From NCBI RefSeq assembly GCF_009914755.1, contig NC_060948.1: a DNA stretch of 64,000 bases; one strand, written 5' to 3'. Numbering within the stretch: position 1 is the stretch's first letter; each line of letters starts with the position of its first letter. Origin of the DNA: the human T2T-CHM13v2.0 reference genome, Homo sapiens. Positions 41,418 through 55,302 of this stretch are shown here, one piece after another. The notes beneath the pieces were generated by a model that was not told the DNA's origin, did no database searches, and saw only the letters and a program-made list of their open reading frames with translations. The translations under genes were made by a program, and so were the position numbers.

Positions 41418-41672
41418 TAACCATGGAAATATCTTGAAAACTGTTGTGCAGATGTAGGTAGTCATTCTTGTTGACACATTGATGAAGATGCTAATAACTC
41501 ATGAGACCATCTTAAAAGGGGCTGGTTGGTAGGAAGGAAAGCCTGAATTAGTGCAAGGTCTGAATAATCGGGTTTCTTCTTACTTTTTTAAAAAAATCAA
41601 ACTTAATTGTTCACAGCAGTTTAGAAATACATTTCAAGGGCTGCCACTTAGAGGCGAATTTTAACAAAGAAA

Positions 41673-41980
41673 GGCCAGGCACAGGGGATCGTGCCAGTAA
41701 TCCCAGTACTATGGGTGACTGTGATGGAAAGATAACTTGAGGCTAGAAGTTTGAGCCAGGGCAACACAGTGAGCCCCTGTCTCTACAAAAAATAAAAATT
41801 AAAAAATTGCCAGATATGGTGGCATGTACCTGTAGTCCTGACTATCTGAGAGGCTGAGATGAGAGGATTGCTGGAGCCTGAGATTTGGAGGCTGCAGTGA
41901 GATTTGATCATGTCACTGCACTCCAGCCTGGATGACAGAGCAAGACCCTCTCTAAAAAAAAGAAAGAGAGAGAGAGAGCC
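41673..41980 (+). mobile_element. Alu (J-type)
   Basis: Diverged sense dimer with A/(GA)n tail. Confidence 0.9.
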
Positions 41981-43318
41981 AAAATTTCAGTCCCAGTAGC
42001 TCACTTACTTAGGTGGTTTGAGTATCATTAAATTCATCAGGGTCACCAAACAGTTAATTAAGTAGATAAAGAGTCCTCCATTTTATTGATACCTTTTGTT
42101 TATTAAAAATTTCCTTTTTCTTTTTCAACATTACTGTTAAGCTCTATTCCTTCCCCTGGGTGAGTTCTTGCAATATTAAATTGGTAGGATCTGAATTCAT
42201 ACCTGTTTTGGATAAATCTATCAAATTTAAGAAGGAACCTAGGAAAGAACAACTTGAGAGGTGGCCGTAGAGCAGACAGGAGCCCTGTATGACATTGATC
42301 ATTTGGAGGCCACCTGGCCTCCACTTCTCTCTGTGACTGCCTCCTCTTGAGGGATTTTCCATTGTGTGGGGCTTTGGGAGGTGAGAACACAGCTGGGGAA
42401 GAAGACTCTACCACTTGGGCTCAACTTTCCCTGAAGACTCTGAATCCTGTAAACACGGGGCAAGCAGTGGCCTTGGTACATCTCGGACTGAGGAGAAGCT
42501 CAGATCAGGTAGTTCCTATGACAAGGCCCCTCTTCAGGAGCTCCCTGATTCTGGGACACCCCTGGCCTAAAATCAAGTTAGTAAGCCCCAGATATCCTCC
42601 AATTACCCTTCTTTTCATTCAGGAGAGCCAAAAATCGGCTTTTATTTGTAAGTAGATAACATGGCTAATAAGGTGTCCTTTTCCAAACAATTTTTCACCT
42701 ACAAACAATTTTTGTGTGTGTGTGCTAATCTGTAATGTTGCTGAGTGAATTGTTTAACAAGAAGCACATCAGAGTGATTTTAGCAACAAGAGCACTCATT
42801 CCTGTCTCGGTCTAGAACTCCTGAGATTTAAGATGGATCTGAAAAATTCTGTGTTCTCTTAAAGTGTAGTCATGTTTTCATAATCGGTGTGTTGTGCCTT
42901 TTTCATATTCTTTGTCGGCATGCAGCTGTTCAAATTTAAAGGAAAGTTTCTGTCCCAAAAGCGTAATTCCTCGACAGAAAGTTGTTTGTTGGTTTTTGTT
43001 TGTTTGTTTGTAAGTCATAATCATGTTTTTGAGAATGTTTATTTCACTTTACCGTAGCATCATACAATTCAACCTCATGGGCATTCTTTATTCTGACACT
43101 TATAACTCTGAGTAAGAACACCATCTCTCTTGGGAGAAAAAGCAAAAGAGAATGTTTCTTTAATAAATATGCTTAATGTTCAATTAAAGTGTGTCTGTGG
43201 TGGAGAAGAGGGACAATAGATTTTTTCTTGAAATTTGTAAGAGGCTAAATTATTCAACACAGACAGTCTACCTTGAATAAACTTTATCATCTAAAAACAT
43301 TAAGAATTTGGGCCTCTG

Positions 43319-43349
43319 GGCCTCTCAAAAAAAAAAAAAAAAAAAGAAG
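43319..43349 (+). mobile_element. Minimal L1-mediated insertion (GGCCTCTC + A19) with 17-bp TSD
   Basis: TSD aagaatttgggcctctg (43302-43318) / aagaatttggacctctg (43350-43366); TT/AAGA endonuclease-type site. Confidence 0.75.
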
Positions 43350-45477
43350 AAGAATTTGGACCTCTGGATGCTGACATTCTTAACCTTGGATACAAACCCA
43401 AGGGAAGTGATTGCAACACCAATTGTTATAATTTGGCTGTAATATTCAGTCTGAAGAGACTAATTGTGAATGCAACTCTGCCTTTTTGTGTGTAAAATTA
43501 TTTAGCTTACTATCATAATTTTCGATTCAGTTCTCTTTGCTAACCACCCAGTTTAATCCATTCTCTCAAGTGATTTTCTTCTCTCTGCACCATATTGGTT
43601 GAGGCTGCCTCATCTCCTGCTCATAGTAACATGGCACATTTTTATCTGATTCTGTCACTCTCTTCTCACTCCAATTCGTCTTCTCCAGTCCATTTTCAAT
43701 AGCTACAGAGACCTGTTAAAACACAAATCTGGTCACTTTATCTTCTGCCAAAGATTAATGTGCTCCCATTGTTCTTAGGATGAAAACGAAAGTCATTAAT
43801 TAATATGCTAAGGCCAGCATTATCACTTTATTTTTAACATTAAACAAAACCTAAAAGGTTTGTCATATAATTGATATCTACCATATCCTATAGTCAATTA
43901 TTTCAAACAAATTAACCAGAGATGGATTTTGAAACTTGAAATCTGCCACAGCTTCATCTTTCCATAACTCTATCAGTAAATAATTGGTCAAATTTCATGC
44001 TTTTGGTGGAGAAAAACTGCAAAGCCACAGAAACATCTAGTTTTGCCCAAAAACTAAGCAAAAACATGTAATTTGCCAAAAATTTGAGCCAAGAAACCAT
44101 GGAGAAAACAGCCAAGCCCATCCATCAGGAAAGGCTTGGTTAGTGCCCATATCCGGACTGGAATATACAATCCCAAGAGTTGAAAAATGTGTGGGCAAAA
44201 TGTAAGTTTGAGCAATAGTCACTTTCGTTTTCTTTTTTTTTTTATTTAAAGAGGTATGTGCTTGTCAGTGGGAATAAAAATAAAATGACATGCTTTTGGG
44301 ATAAAATTGCTACGGCTGCAGTATCTTCCTTAGTGGGTAATTGGCCATGCATCATAAAGAATGCGGTACCAGAAGGAGATCTTTAATACCACATCTTTAG
44401 TATCATGGCCCTATTAACCTTGACTTCAGATGGATTGGCCATGGGGTTCACTTACTCCAGAGACCCAGCCTACAGAAAAAGACTTATGCAAAACTAGGTT
44501 TATTTTTTATTACTCTAGAGGGAAGGGCTGTGTCGAATGTATAAAGATCCACTGCTTTCTCTAGGTAGAGGTTCAGAATTGCAAAATGGTGTGGTTGGAG
44601 TTGCAAGATCATTGATCTGTGCTAGGATGTAAAATTCAGAGAGAGCTGAATCAAAAATTAAGATGATAAGCTAAAATTATTTAGCTACAATTATTTAAAA
44701 TTATTATATATTAGGGACTTCCCATAAGCCACACTGTGCTGTTTTATCTCATTAAATTTTCACAATGTAGCCACAGTTTTCCCCCATTTTACAGGTGACA
44801 AGATACAGTCCCAAAGAGAGAAGAGACATCTCTGTCCTCCCCATGCTCAGCATCCTTCGCCCTTTTTCTGGTGCCAGCATCCTGGCTTTCTTTGAGGGAC
44901 GTGCTTCCTTCCCCTGTGTTGGTAGACAGATGCCTGGAAGCTACCACTCACGGTATCCTGCTCTCCCCTGGCCAGCCGTACCCTCTTCCCAAAGAACCCA
45001 ATCATGATTAAATAACAGGCAGGGATAAAAGGTTTGAGAAAGATCCATCTCTCCCACAAAGTACCTTCTGCCACCATCCCCCTTCTTCCCTTTCTGTCTT
45101 CTGGTTCTTCAGTTTATCTTCCTTTTGGCTTAGGTTTCCCAGAGTGGATTTCTGTTGCTTGCAGTGAGCTAACTGTGGCTGAAATAAGAGGGTTAGTAGC
45201 TTTTCTGCACACACACATTCCAACTGCTACTTTCCTCACCCTTTCTGCCTCATCTCCCTGCTGCCTGTGGTAGTGATTGCTGGGCACTGGGTGCTTGATG
45301 CATGTGCATCCTGACCCTCCTTCCCACACTAGGATAGCGGAGGAGGTGGTATGCTTTGGTCTCTGGGAAGAAGCAACCCCAACCCAACACTTTGGGTTGC
45401 TGTTTCTCTGTACTGCTGGACTGCACAAAAGCCGAGCTTCCGTCTCAGTGTGGTTTGAAGGTGGCCAAATGGCCATT

Positions 45478-47185
45478 AACTGGGTGCTGCGTCCAGCAGT
45501 ATCACTCAATTCCACATGTAGAAAAAGTTAGCCAAGGGATAAGAGCTAAAACACCTACAGAATGGGACGAAGATATGTCAAAATACCCTCTGTGGCTCTG
45601 GCACAGGCAGGACAGTAGCATCATCAGGCTGCTGGGCCCACCAGTATGCAATAATTCCCTCTTTATTCAGTGTCGTAGCAGAAGTGTAACATCCTCTGTG
45701 TGCAAATCGTCAAAATTTTTCTTTGTGGGCACGGTTCAGATAAAAACAGGAGAGTCACATGACCTAAATGCTGTGCTCAGCAATATGTCACAATTCCACC
45801 ATTTGAAAGGCCCAGGCAGGGAAAGAGAGTCATGTCAGTTAGGTTATGGCCTCAGAGATATGTCCCAGTGTCCCCATTAGGCAGGACTCAGGCAGAAAAG
45901 GAGAGTCTTATCACCTAGGTTCTTCTTTAGGTATACGTCACAGTATAAGACATAGACAGAAACCAAGCAGAAGAACCACATCACCCGGGTGTTGGGTCCT
46001 GAGATATGTTGCAAGGCTCCCTTAGGATAGAATCAAGGTGAAAGAGTTACATCACCTTGGTGTAGGTTCAACTTTTATGTCACAGTGCCTTACGTGGGTG
46101 AGGCCCAAGCTTTGAGTCACATCACCTCGGTAATATGCCCAAAGATATGTCACAATGCCCTGTTTAAAACACAGCCCTGGCAAAAGAGTACCGTCACTTG
46201 TGTGCCTGGGCCTAGCAATATGTTACTACCACCTGCTGTGTTCAGGGTCCTTTCCAGAGAGGAGAGTTACATTTCCTAAGTGGTGGACACAGTGATATGT
46301 TACAATGATGTCTGCGGAAATGGCGCAGGCAAGAATGTAACATCATCTGGGTGTTAGATCTGGTAATATTTCACAATCCTTAGAGAATGGCAAAGGCAGG
46401 ATGGTCACATCCTCTAGAAGCTGTAACATCACCTGGGTTTTACATCCAGTGATATGTCACAATCCTGAGAGGACATCCAAGGGAGGAGAGTCATATCATC
46501 TAGAAGTTGGCCCAGGTAGAGATCACAATCCCTTATGTGGGCTGAAACCAATCTAGAGGGTCAAATCACACAGATGCTTGCAAATATTTGTATCACATTC
46601 ACACTGGTAGAACATACCAGAGATGAGATTTATAATACCACACATGTCCTGTTTTCATGAGTGACAATGTGAGATCTGACAGTCCTTACTTTAAGGTGGG
46701 TGTGCATGTGAAACTTACAATTTCATCCTTCTGGGTTTTGTTAAGACACTCTCTGTACAAGTCATGGGCTTTATAAAATATCTGAGGCTGTTATAATCTT
46801 CTGTGGCCTTTTTACCAGAAAGAGATCCAAGACATCACTCGTGTTTCTAGAGCAAGTTACAAAAGTCAAATTAACTCCTGTTTCTGGGGTCCGCATATCA
46901 GAGTCATTATGATGCCTGTGAGCTGTGCCAAGGCATATGTCAAAATTTACTCTGTGGTAATGAAACAGGCATGACAGCCATATAACCTAAATGCCGAGGC
47001 AGAAATATTCCAATATTCTCTTTTCAGGCAAGTTCCTGGCAGAAATGTCACATAACTTTGGGGCTACGCCTAACTCTGTGGCACAATGGCCCTTGTAGGC
47101 AGTTTCCAGGCAGAAGAGGAGAGTCATATCACCTAAATAATAGGCCCAGAGATATGTCACAATGCCTCCTGTTGAAAGTGGCAGG
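45478..47185 (+). repeat. Diverged beta-satellite (BSR/Sau3A-type) array, unit ~70-75 bp
   Basis: Recurrent 'gagagtcacatcacct.ggt...agagatatgtcacaat' at ~45783, 45858, 45932, 46003, 46076, 46145, 46218, 46294, 46366, 46452 and 47150. Confidence 0.9.
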
Positions 47186-47189
47186 AACG

Positions 47190-48745
47190 TATTAACGTAT
47201 TATTTCTGATTATATCCATCTGAACTGGAGTAATCTGGTATCTTATTGTGGCTTTAATTTGCATTTTTCTAATAATTAATAGTGTTGACCATCTTTGCAG
47301 GTACTTGGCCATTTGTATGTCTTCCTTGGAGAAATTTCACTTAAGGTCTCTCATGTATTACTAAATTCTGGTTATTTTTGCTTTTGTGTTTGTTATATAT
47401 TTTGTGTGATTATCCCTTGTCGTATGTATATTTTGCAAATATATCCTCCCACACTGTAAGTTGTCTCTACTCTATTAATTTATTTTTGCTATGTGATATT
47501 TTTTAGATTCTGTTAAATTCACTTGCCTGCTTTTGCTTTTGTTGCCTATGCTTTTGAGTTCTTATTTACATTTTCTTCCTGTCCTATTTTGTAAATCATT
47601 TCCCTATGTTTTATTCAAATAGTTTTTAAGATTGAGTTGTACCTTTAAGTCTTCTAATTATATATAATTAAGTTGTTTTAATATGGTAGGTAACCAGTTG
47701 ACATCTAGTTATATTCATTTAAATAATCAATTTTCCTAGCACCATTCATTGAAAAGATTGTCGTTTCTTAAGTGCATATTCCAAACAGCTTAAAAATTAC
47801 TTGGCCCTAGGTTTCTGAATTTACTATTGGGATCGCTGCATACTTTGGTCTATGTGTCTGTTTTCTATGCCAGTGTCATGCTCTTTTGCTTGTTGTAGCT
47901 TTGTAGGATATTTTAAAGTCAGGTGCTTTGATGCTTTCAGGTTGTTCTTTTTTCATAGGATTACTTTGGCTATTTGGAGAGGTTTTCTTTTGTTTTCTAT
48001 GAATTTTTGGCCTGTTTTTTCCATTTCTGTGAAAAAAATGTCATTTGGTATTTTATAGAGTTTGCATTGAATCTGTAGATGCCCTTGAGTGGCAAAGCCA
48101 TTTTAACAATATGTTTTATAACTAATGAGCAAAAATATCTCTCAAACTTTTCATGTCTTACTTTCTTTATAAGTGTTTTATGATTTACAGTGTAGACAGT
48201 GTTTATTTCTTAATTAGTTTTACTGCTAGGCACCTTTATTTTTTATTCTAGATGCAAAAAAAGTATTTGGAAAAATCTAACATGCCTTTGTGATTAAAAC
48301 AACAGAAGAAATTAGGTATAGATGGTATCTACCTGAATACAATTAAGGCAAAATATGAAATTCATTAGCTGATATCACACTGAACAGGAAAATAGGAAAG
48401 TTTTTCATTTGAGATCTGGAACAAGACAATGATGTCTACTTTTACCACTTTCATTCAACAGAGTACTGGAATTCTCAGCCTGATCATTTTGCAAGAGAAA
48501 GAAATAAAAGACATCCAAATGAAAAAGGAGAAATTCAGATTGTCTCTGATCACAGATCATACAATTTTTTATATAGCAGAACTAAATAGTACACTAAAAA
48601 TCTTGAGAATTAATAAAGAAATTCAGTAAAGTGGCGTTATATCAAATTCACATACAAAATTAGGAGCATGTTTACATGCCAAGAATGAGCCATCTGAAAG
48701 AAAAGTTCAAGAAAAAAATTATTTACAACAGCTATAAAAATAAGT
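47190..48745 (-). mobile_element. Old L1 with an inverted 5' segment (48250-48745 on the + strand)
   Basis: Antisense ORF2 to ~48240, then sense RT region (QEKEIKDIQMKKEKFRLSLITDH ~ [23 protein letters not shown]). Confidence 0.75.
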
Positions 48746-48903
48746 CCTGTTTCATTTTAAGTTCATCCTTGTGGTAAGGTTCAAAAATTGTTTTTTTGTT
48801 TGAGTATTCAGTATTCTCTACCTCATTTGTTAAATAAACTGTTCTTTTTTCATGTAAAGTGATAGAGACCAGAGATAGCCAAGGGACCTTTTCTCATTTT
48901 GAG

Positions 48904-51900
48904 TAATAGAGACAGGAGACAGTCAAGAGTCCTGGCCAAAACTCCACTTTTAAGCCTAAAACAGCCTAAAGGCTGATAAATTGAACTGCTGATTTCAGAT
49001 AAAATCGGCCCTTTCCTGACTGTTTCTCTCTGAGTAATGCCCACACGCGCACTGGGAAAAGGAGGTGGAGCCATGGAAATGTCAAGGAAGGGGACACAAG
49101 CAAAGAAAAAAATGGATGCATGAGAGGCCAGTAATTCAATCAGGAAATTGGCAGATTTAAAATCTTATAGGTACTGGGTTTTTCTTCTGCCTGTATGTGT
49201 GTAAAAGAGCTCCAATAAATTTACTGAAAAAATGATAAGCACTTGGATCAAATATTTTTGAAGGAAAGATGAAAGATGTGTATGTTTTAGTTCACATGAC
49301 TTTAATGCTTGAGAAATAAAAACAGCCTTAAGATTATCAGTAAAACACAAATGTCATCAATATGTGAGTAGGTGGACTAAATTATGCAGGTCAGATACTA
49401 GGTTTGCTGAATGTTTTAAGGTTATAACTGCTTTTTTGGTTTTTGAAAACAGTTCAACTTTGCTTCACAATTGGTCAAGCCTGAGGAAAAATGGAACTAA
49501 ACACACCCTTAATTATGGCTGCTCCTAGCACATAATTAGGACAATTTACCTGGCTTTACATTAAAGTTAAAATTGCTAAAATTTACCATGATAATATGTA
49601 ATTGAAACCACTGGAAGTACATTTCCAGACAAGGTGTGTAAGGACGGTAAAATGTGTTTTTAATACAACATTATAAGAAGGCATGCAAATATAAATTCTT
49701 GCCTAGGATCAAACAACCGTTTTGAATTACAGATGATAAAGCTGAAAGTTCAAACAAGTTATGGAAGAATTGTAAAAATAAATCTTTCCAAGAAATTCTG
49801 TGTGTGAATATCAATTAAATTCAAGAGGATATTATATGTTTTTTTGTTTTTGTTTTTTGTTTTTTTGTAAATTGAGCATTGAAATGAAAGCACAAAAAGT
49901 ACTCTTAAGGCACTAATCTGCTCTGAAGGAAAATTTTTAAATAATGTAAAAGTTTCTGCTTTTTTATTTATAGGTCATTATTTTCGTTAAATAAATAATT
50001 TATGGTAATCTGGAATTTTATTTTATAACATCAAGCATTTCAAACTCCTAACATGTAATATCCTTCTCAAAATCAAACTTTGATTACAAAATGGTCTTTC
50101 CTAATTCCTGGTTTTTGAATGCTAAAGAGGGTGCCTGGAGTATCCACGAGAGCTTTATACAGGATCATACAACGTGTTTAGTTACAAGGAATCCCAAAAA
50201 TGGTTTTCAATATTCTTTAGATGGCATTTTCATGAATAATACTAATACATGTTCCTAAATTGTATGGAATTTCTAAAATTCTAATGTCTGACATATATGC
50301 TGTCAACCACAATTAATGCTGTTATGTTAAGTTATTGCAAACCATAGACATAACCAAAATTTTTGTCAATCATCTTTCTGACTGTAACTACTCTGGATGT
50401 TTTGTTAAACACAGACAATTGTCATCTGGTTTTGACATTTTTCCAAAAATGTTTTTTAATCAGCTATAGAACTTTGACTGGTGCTCACAAATGCAGGCTT
50501 CTGAAAACTTTGGAGCTGTGACAGGAATACAGGAAAAACCTACCAGGACCCATGAAGAGCTAAAATGTTTATGAATATTAAACAAAACAAGAGTTAACTG
50601 AATGGACTGGACTGATAGAAACATGAAGTAATCTTTCCTATTTTTGCTTGTAACATTACTGACTCATGTATTGTTTACCATAGTCAAGGAAACTTATTTT
50701 GAGCTGTTTACAGCCTTTAATATTTGAGTAAGGTGTACTCCTGTGAAGAAAATTTGAATCATGTTTATCTCTCTCTTCCTGGCTTCTTCAGAATTTGAAA
50801 AATAGTTATGAGTGTTCTTAACTTATGGCAATATAGCTGTTTGAATCAGTGTAATAATAGTCTATTTTATTTGCAACAGGACACAGTTAGAGAAACTGGT
50901 TGTTTTATCAAGGCCTTGATTGAAAAGTTCTGCTTCCCTTTAAGCAGTCAAGCTCAACTTGCAGAGCCAATAATAGCCCCTTGGATAAACTGGCCTTATA
51001 CCTTATCTACAGAGTCCTTGTGCAGGGTTCCAGATCTGTGGTAAGTAAAGAATGACACTTTGGACAGGCCCAGGGGCTCCAAGTTTATTTTGGGACCATA
51101 AGAGAAGAGGATAACCCAACTCATAACTAACTGATGGTACAAAACCATGGCTGGGTTTGACTTCAGAAAGTCCTCTCTGAAATTTCTTGTGGAAGAGTTC
51201 TATTAAAGCCAATGTAAAATAACTATGTAGGAATAATTTTTCTTGCTGTGCTTTATGTAAATAATGAATCCAAGCATACGACTAAAGCTGATTTCACAAA
51301 GAACTCAGTTCTATCATTATTTGTTTCTAACAACAACAACAAAAGAACTGAATGGAAAAGATTATTTGTCAAAACTAATTATATGGTTGTCATTAAATCC
51401 TAAACTCATTAGATTTGCATTTTTCCTACATTTTAGAACAAACCGGCTTATTCTTGTAAGCCAATTAGTGATATTCAACTGCAGCTCAGAAGAAATGAAA
51501 AGAAACTGGTAAAAATCTGGATTAATATTCTAGTTCTGGGCAATTATCCTGCAAACCCTGCATTGTTATGGGAATAAATAGTGTGCCCACCCAAATCTTA
51601 GCAAGCATAACTAGAGCCACGAGATATCTGGGTGTGTTACAAGACATTATTTCTCTCCCTCGTGGAAAGAGGACTCAATCCCACAGCTTCATCTAAAAAT
51701 TCAGCTAACTATATGGAGTCCATGCAAATCCCTGAGCCACATTTTTGTCCCAACCTCAGTTTCAAGCTTCAGGTTGAAGCCCTAGGAAATAACACCGGAT
51801 CTGAGAAATCCAGAAGGAGATGATAATGGAGGATAAAAGGCACAGTGCAGGTGAGCATGACAAATTCCAGACAATTAAGCCAAGCCTCCCATTTCATCGA

Positions 51901-53285
51901 TAAAGATTATGCTAGTGTCCTTGGCATAAATAAAGTCTAGTGAACTCCAGAACTACTGACAGCAGAGTAGATAGGGCATACGTGGGTAAGAGCAGACATT
52001 TCAACCACCCTAGTTCTCTCCGTTAACATGGGTGAAAGCTGCTTTGACACCCATGGACGGACCTTGTTACAATCACTGGGACTCGGGGATAGAAGAATAG
52101 GAGCAGGAAAGAGAAGATTTTTTCTCCTATCCCTCAACATACCCTGGAAATTTGCAAGAAAGAGAAAGGAACCAGGGACAACTGCTTCTCTCTTTCTAGA
52201 TGAGTAGCCATTTGTCTTCAGTCTATGTGCCTTTTGAATGCAAACTAAACCCTTGGGACTTCTCTGAAAATAATGTTTTTTGTTTTTTCTTTCTCCTCTG
52301 TCCTCTATTTACAGATAGGTAATCATGTCTTCATACTATGGGACACTTTCCTCAGATGCATCCTCAAAGCCTGGAAGAGTTAATTTCCCAAAATTTAGAC
52401 TTGTTTGCTTAGGATCGAACTCAAGGCAAAAGAACCCAGAAGACTGACATGCTGGCCAAACAATTTTTTTTTTCTTCCATTGGAGTTTTTGTCCTTCCTC
52501 TTTCTATGGGAAAAGACCTTCCCTTTTCAAGGGAAAAGACCTTGGAAATTTTGAGCTGACCTTGCCATTTGCCCCTTGTTTCATTTCAGTACATGTTTTT
52601 TAATAACCCAGTTTGATTCTTTTTATTTTTAGCCTACCAAAGTTCAAAAAGTCACTCAACCAGAGCCTTGAACAGTGGCCCATTTCACTGGGGACAATTA
52701 GATAGGCCTCTTAGTGAGATCTGATTGCCATTTTTTTCCAAAAAAAAAAGTGCCCCCTCTCAGCAGGAAGCACTTAAAAGTTGTTTTTGTCCTAATCCTT
52801 ATCCTTCTTCTAATGGCAGTCAGATGTACTCATTTAAAGGGGGGAAATAACGAGTTAGAAAAGAGCCAAGGGTCCTTGGCAAAACCACACATTCAAGCTT
52901 AAAACAGCCTGAAGTCTGAAAAATCAGACTGTTGGCCCCAGATAAAGCCTTCCTTTTTCCAACTGATTTTCTCTCAGTAATATCCACCTGCACAACTGGG
53001 GAAGAGAGTGGAGCCATGGAAAGTTCACCTCTTGTGCAGGGAGGAGAAGCCTGGACTCTTCAGTTTCCTGTGATGGTCTGGTGTTCATCAATTTGGGAGG
53101 TGGGGGCCTGTAAACAGGTCTCCAACTCATTTTGTTAAAAGTTTTCTTCTTCTTCTTCTTTTTTTTTTTTCCATTTTCCCCAATCAACTCTACTCCTCAT
53201 CCTTCAGAGCGTCCCTGACTTAATATATTCTAGTCATGTGACCAGAACCCAATTTTTTTTGATGTAAGGAAAGCGTTCTGCAACA
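48904..53285 (+). mobile_element. MER61-type (MER4-group ERV1) non-coding provirus with internal deletion
   Basis: 5' LTR piece 48904-~49080 and 3' LTR ~52848-53285 share 'aagc.taaaacagcct.aag.ctga...gtggagccatggaaa'; PPT 'aaaggggggaaa'; 4-bp TSD tgag (48900-48903 / 53286-53289); host L1 resumes. Confidence 0.8.
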
Positions 53286-53519
53286 TGAGGATTTGCAACC
53301 GTCGTTTAAGATAAGCTGAGTATACGCATGTGGGTTACTTTCTGGCTTCTCTTATCTCTTTCAACATTTATTTTTCTGTCTTTTTCCCAGCACCACACTG
53401 TTTGATTACTGTAACTTTGCAATATGTTTTAAAATAAAAAAATATATGACTCTGACTTTATTATATTTTCCCAGGTTGTTTGTCTATTTGTGGTTTTTGA
53501 GCATTTATAAAAATTATAG

Positions 53520-53795
53520 GGCAATATTTGGTGGCTCACTCCTGTGATCCCAGAACTTTGGGAAGTCAAGGCAGGTGGATTGCTTGAGTCCAGAAAGTTT
53601 GAGACCAGCATTGGCAATATGGTGAAACCCTGTCTCTACAAAAACCCCCAAATCTTGCTGACCGTGGTGGCATGCACCTGCAGGCCCAGCTACTTGTGAG
53701 GCAGAGGTGGGAGGATCAATTGAACTTCAGAGCTCAAGGCTACATGCAGTGAGCCATGATTAGGACACTGCACTCTAGCCTGGGTGACACAGCCA
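53520..53795 (+). mobile_element. Alu (J-type) lacking its tail
   Basis: Diverged sense dimer ending 'gcctgggtgacacagc'. Confidence 0.85.
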
Positions 53796-54189
53796 AATAT
53801 TGATGCCAACACTTCAGAATATTTTAGTACTTCTGGAAAAACTACCATTGGTTTTTTGAAAGAGGTCTCATTGATCTGTAGATCATTTTGAATACCATAA
53901 ACGTCTAAAGAAACGTGCATGTTCTAACTCTTTTAAAATAGCGTGCGGAAGAATTTGTCTACTTTTCATATACATGCAGACATGCTAGCTTTCTTTTGGT
54001 TTTGAACCTCCAGTTATATTTTACTGTAGTCAGAAGTAATACTTTTTTATAACCATTTGTTCAAATATGCTAAAACTTGCATGCTAGCTAAGAAGTTTGC
54101 CTATCTTAGGAAATAAACTGTATGTAATTAGAAATATTATGTATTATGCTATCGTTGCGTGAAATGTTTTGTAGATTATCCCTAGATCT

Positions 54190-54670
54190 TATTTTTCTTT
54201 TTAATCTTTTATTTTTCTGTACATTTGTCTTTGTTTTTATCTTGTTTCTCTTTATTTTTATTTACTTTCATTTTTTCTATTAATTTAATTTTACTTCATT
54301 TTTTATTTTTTGTTTTTTCATTATAGTCTCAATTTCAAATTTTCTAGATTTTTGTCGTTTGTAATTTTATTCAATTTCTTGTTTCTTTTATTTATTTCCA
54401 TGCATATCTCTTTGTTATTTTATTTTTCTCTGCATTTCTTTTTTACTTTCACTTGTCTCTTCTTATTCTTAAAATTTTCTTATTTCTCAATTTTATTGTA
54501 TTTACTGTTTATCTTCATCTTGATTTTATTTTCACTAATCTTAGTTATATTTTTCTTTACTTTTCTCTATTTTGTTTCAGTTTATTTTATTTGCCCTTAC
54601 TATTTTCCAATTGCTTTATTTTTAAATTTTATTTCTCTTGAATTATTTTTTCTTTATTTGTCTACATTTT
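54190..54670. repeat. T-rich low-complexity tract
   Basis: ~480 bp dominated by T with scattered A/C. Confidence 0.9.
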
Positions 54671-54957
54671 GCTGAGGCAGGGTATAGTCAGGGGCTCCTA
54701 TCAGAACTGCTGTTATCCCTGGACAGATCTTTTATTGTTACAAGCCCATCTAGCATTCAGTTTTACAGGCCATTTCTACTGCTTTCGAAAGCCCCGTGCA
54801 AGCCTCAGTATTGCTAGGCTGAAGCCCTGATTGCCTCTTTATTTGTGTACGAATGGGTTCCCTACACACAATCCAGGGCACTGATTGCTCTTCCTACTTT
54901 ACAAGGACAGAGCCGCACCCACTCCACTCCAACAAGTAATGTCTGCACCATATGTGA

Positions 54958-55302
<345 letters not shown>

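Noticed and set aside
45356-45880. 174-aa ORF
   Set aside because: Runs across the unique/beta-satellite junction; no domain similarity; most likely a chance ORF.
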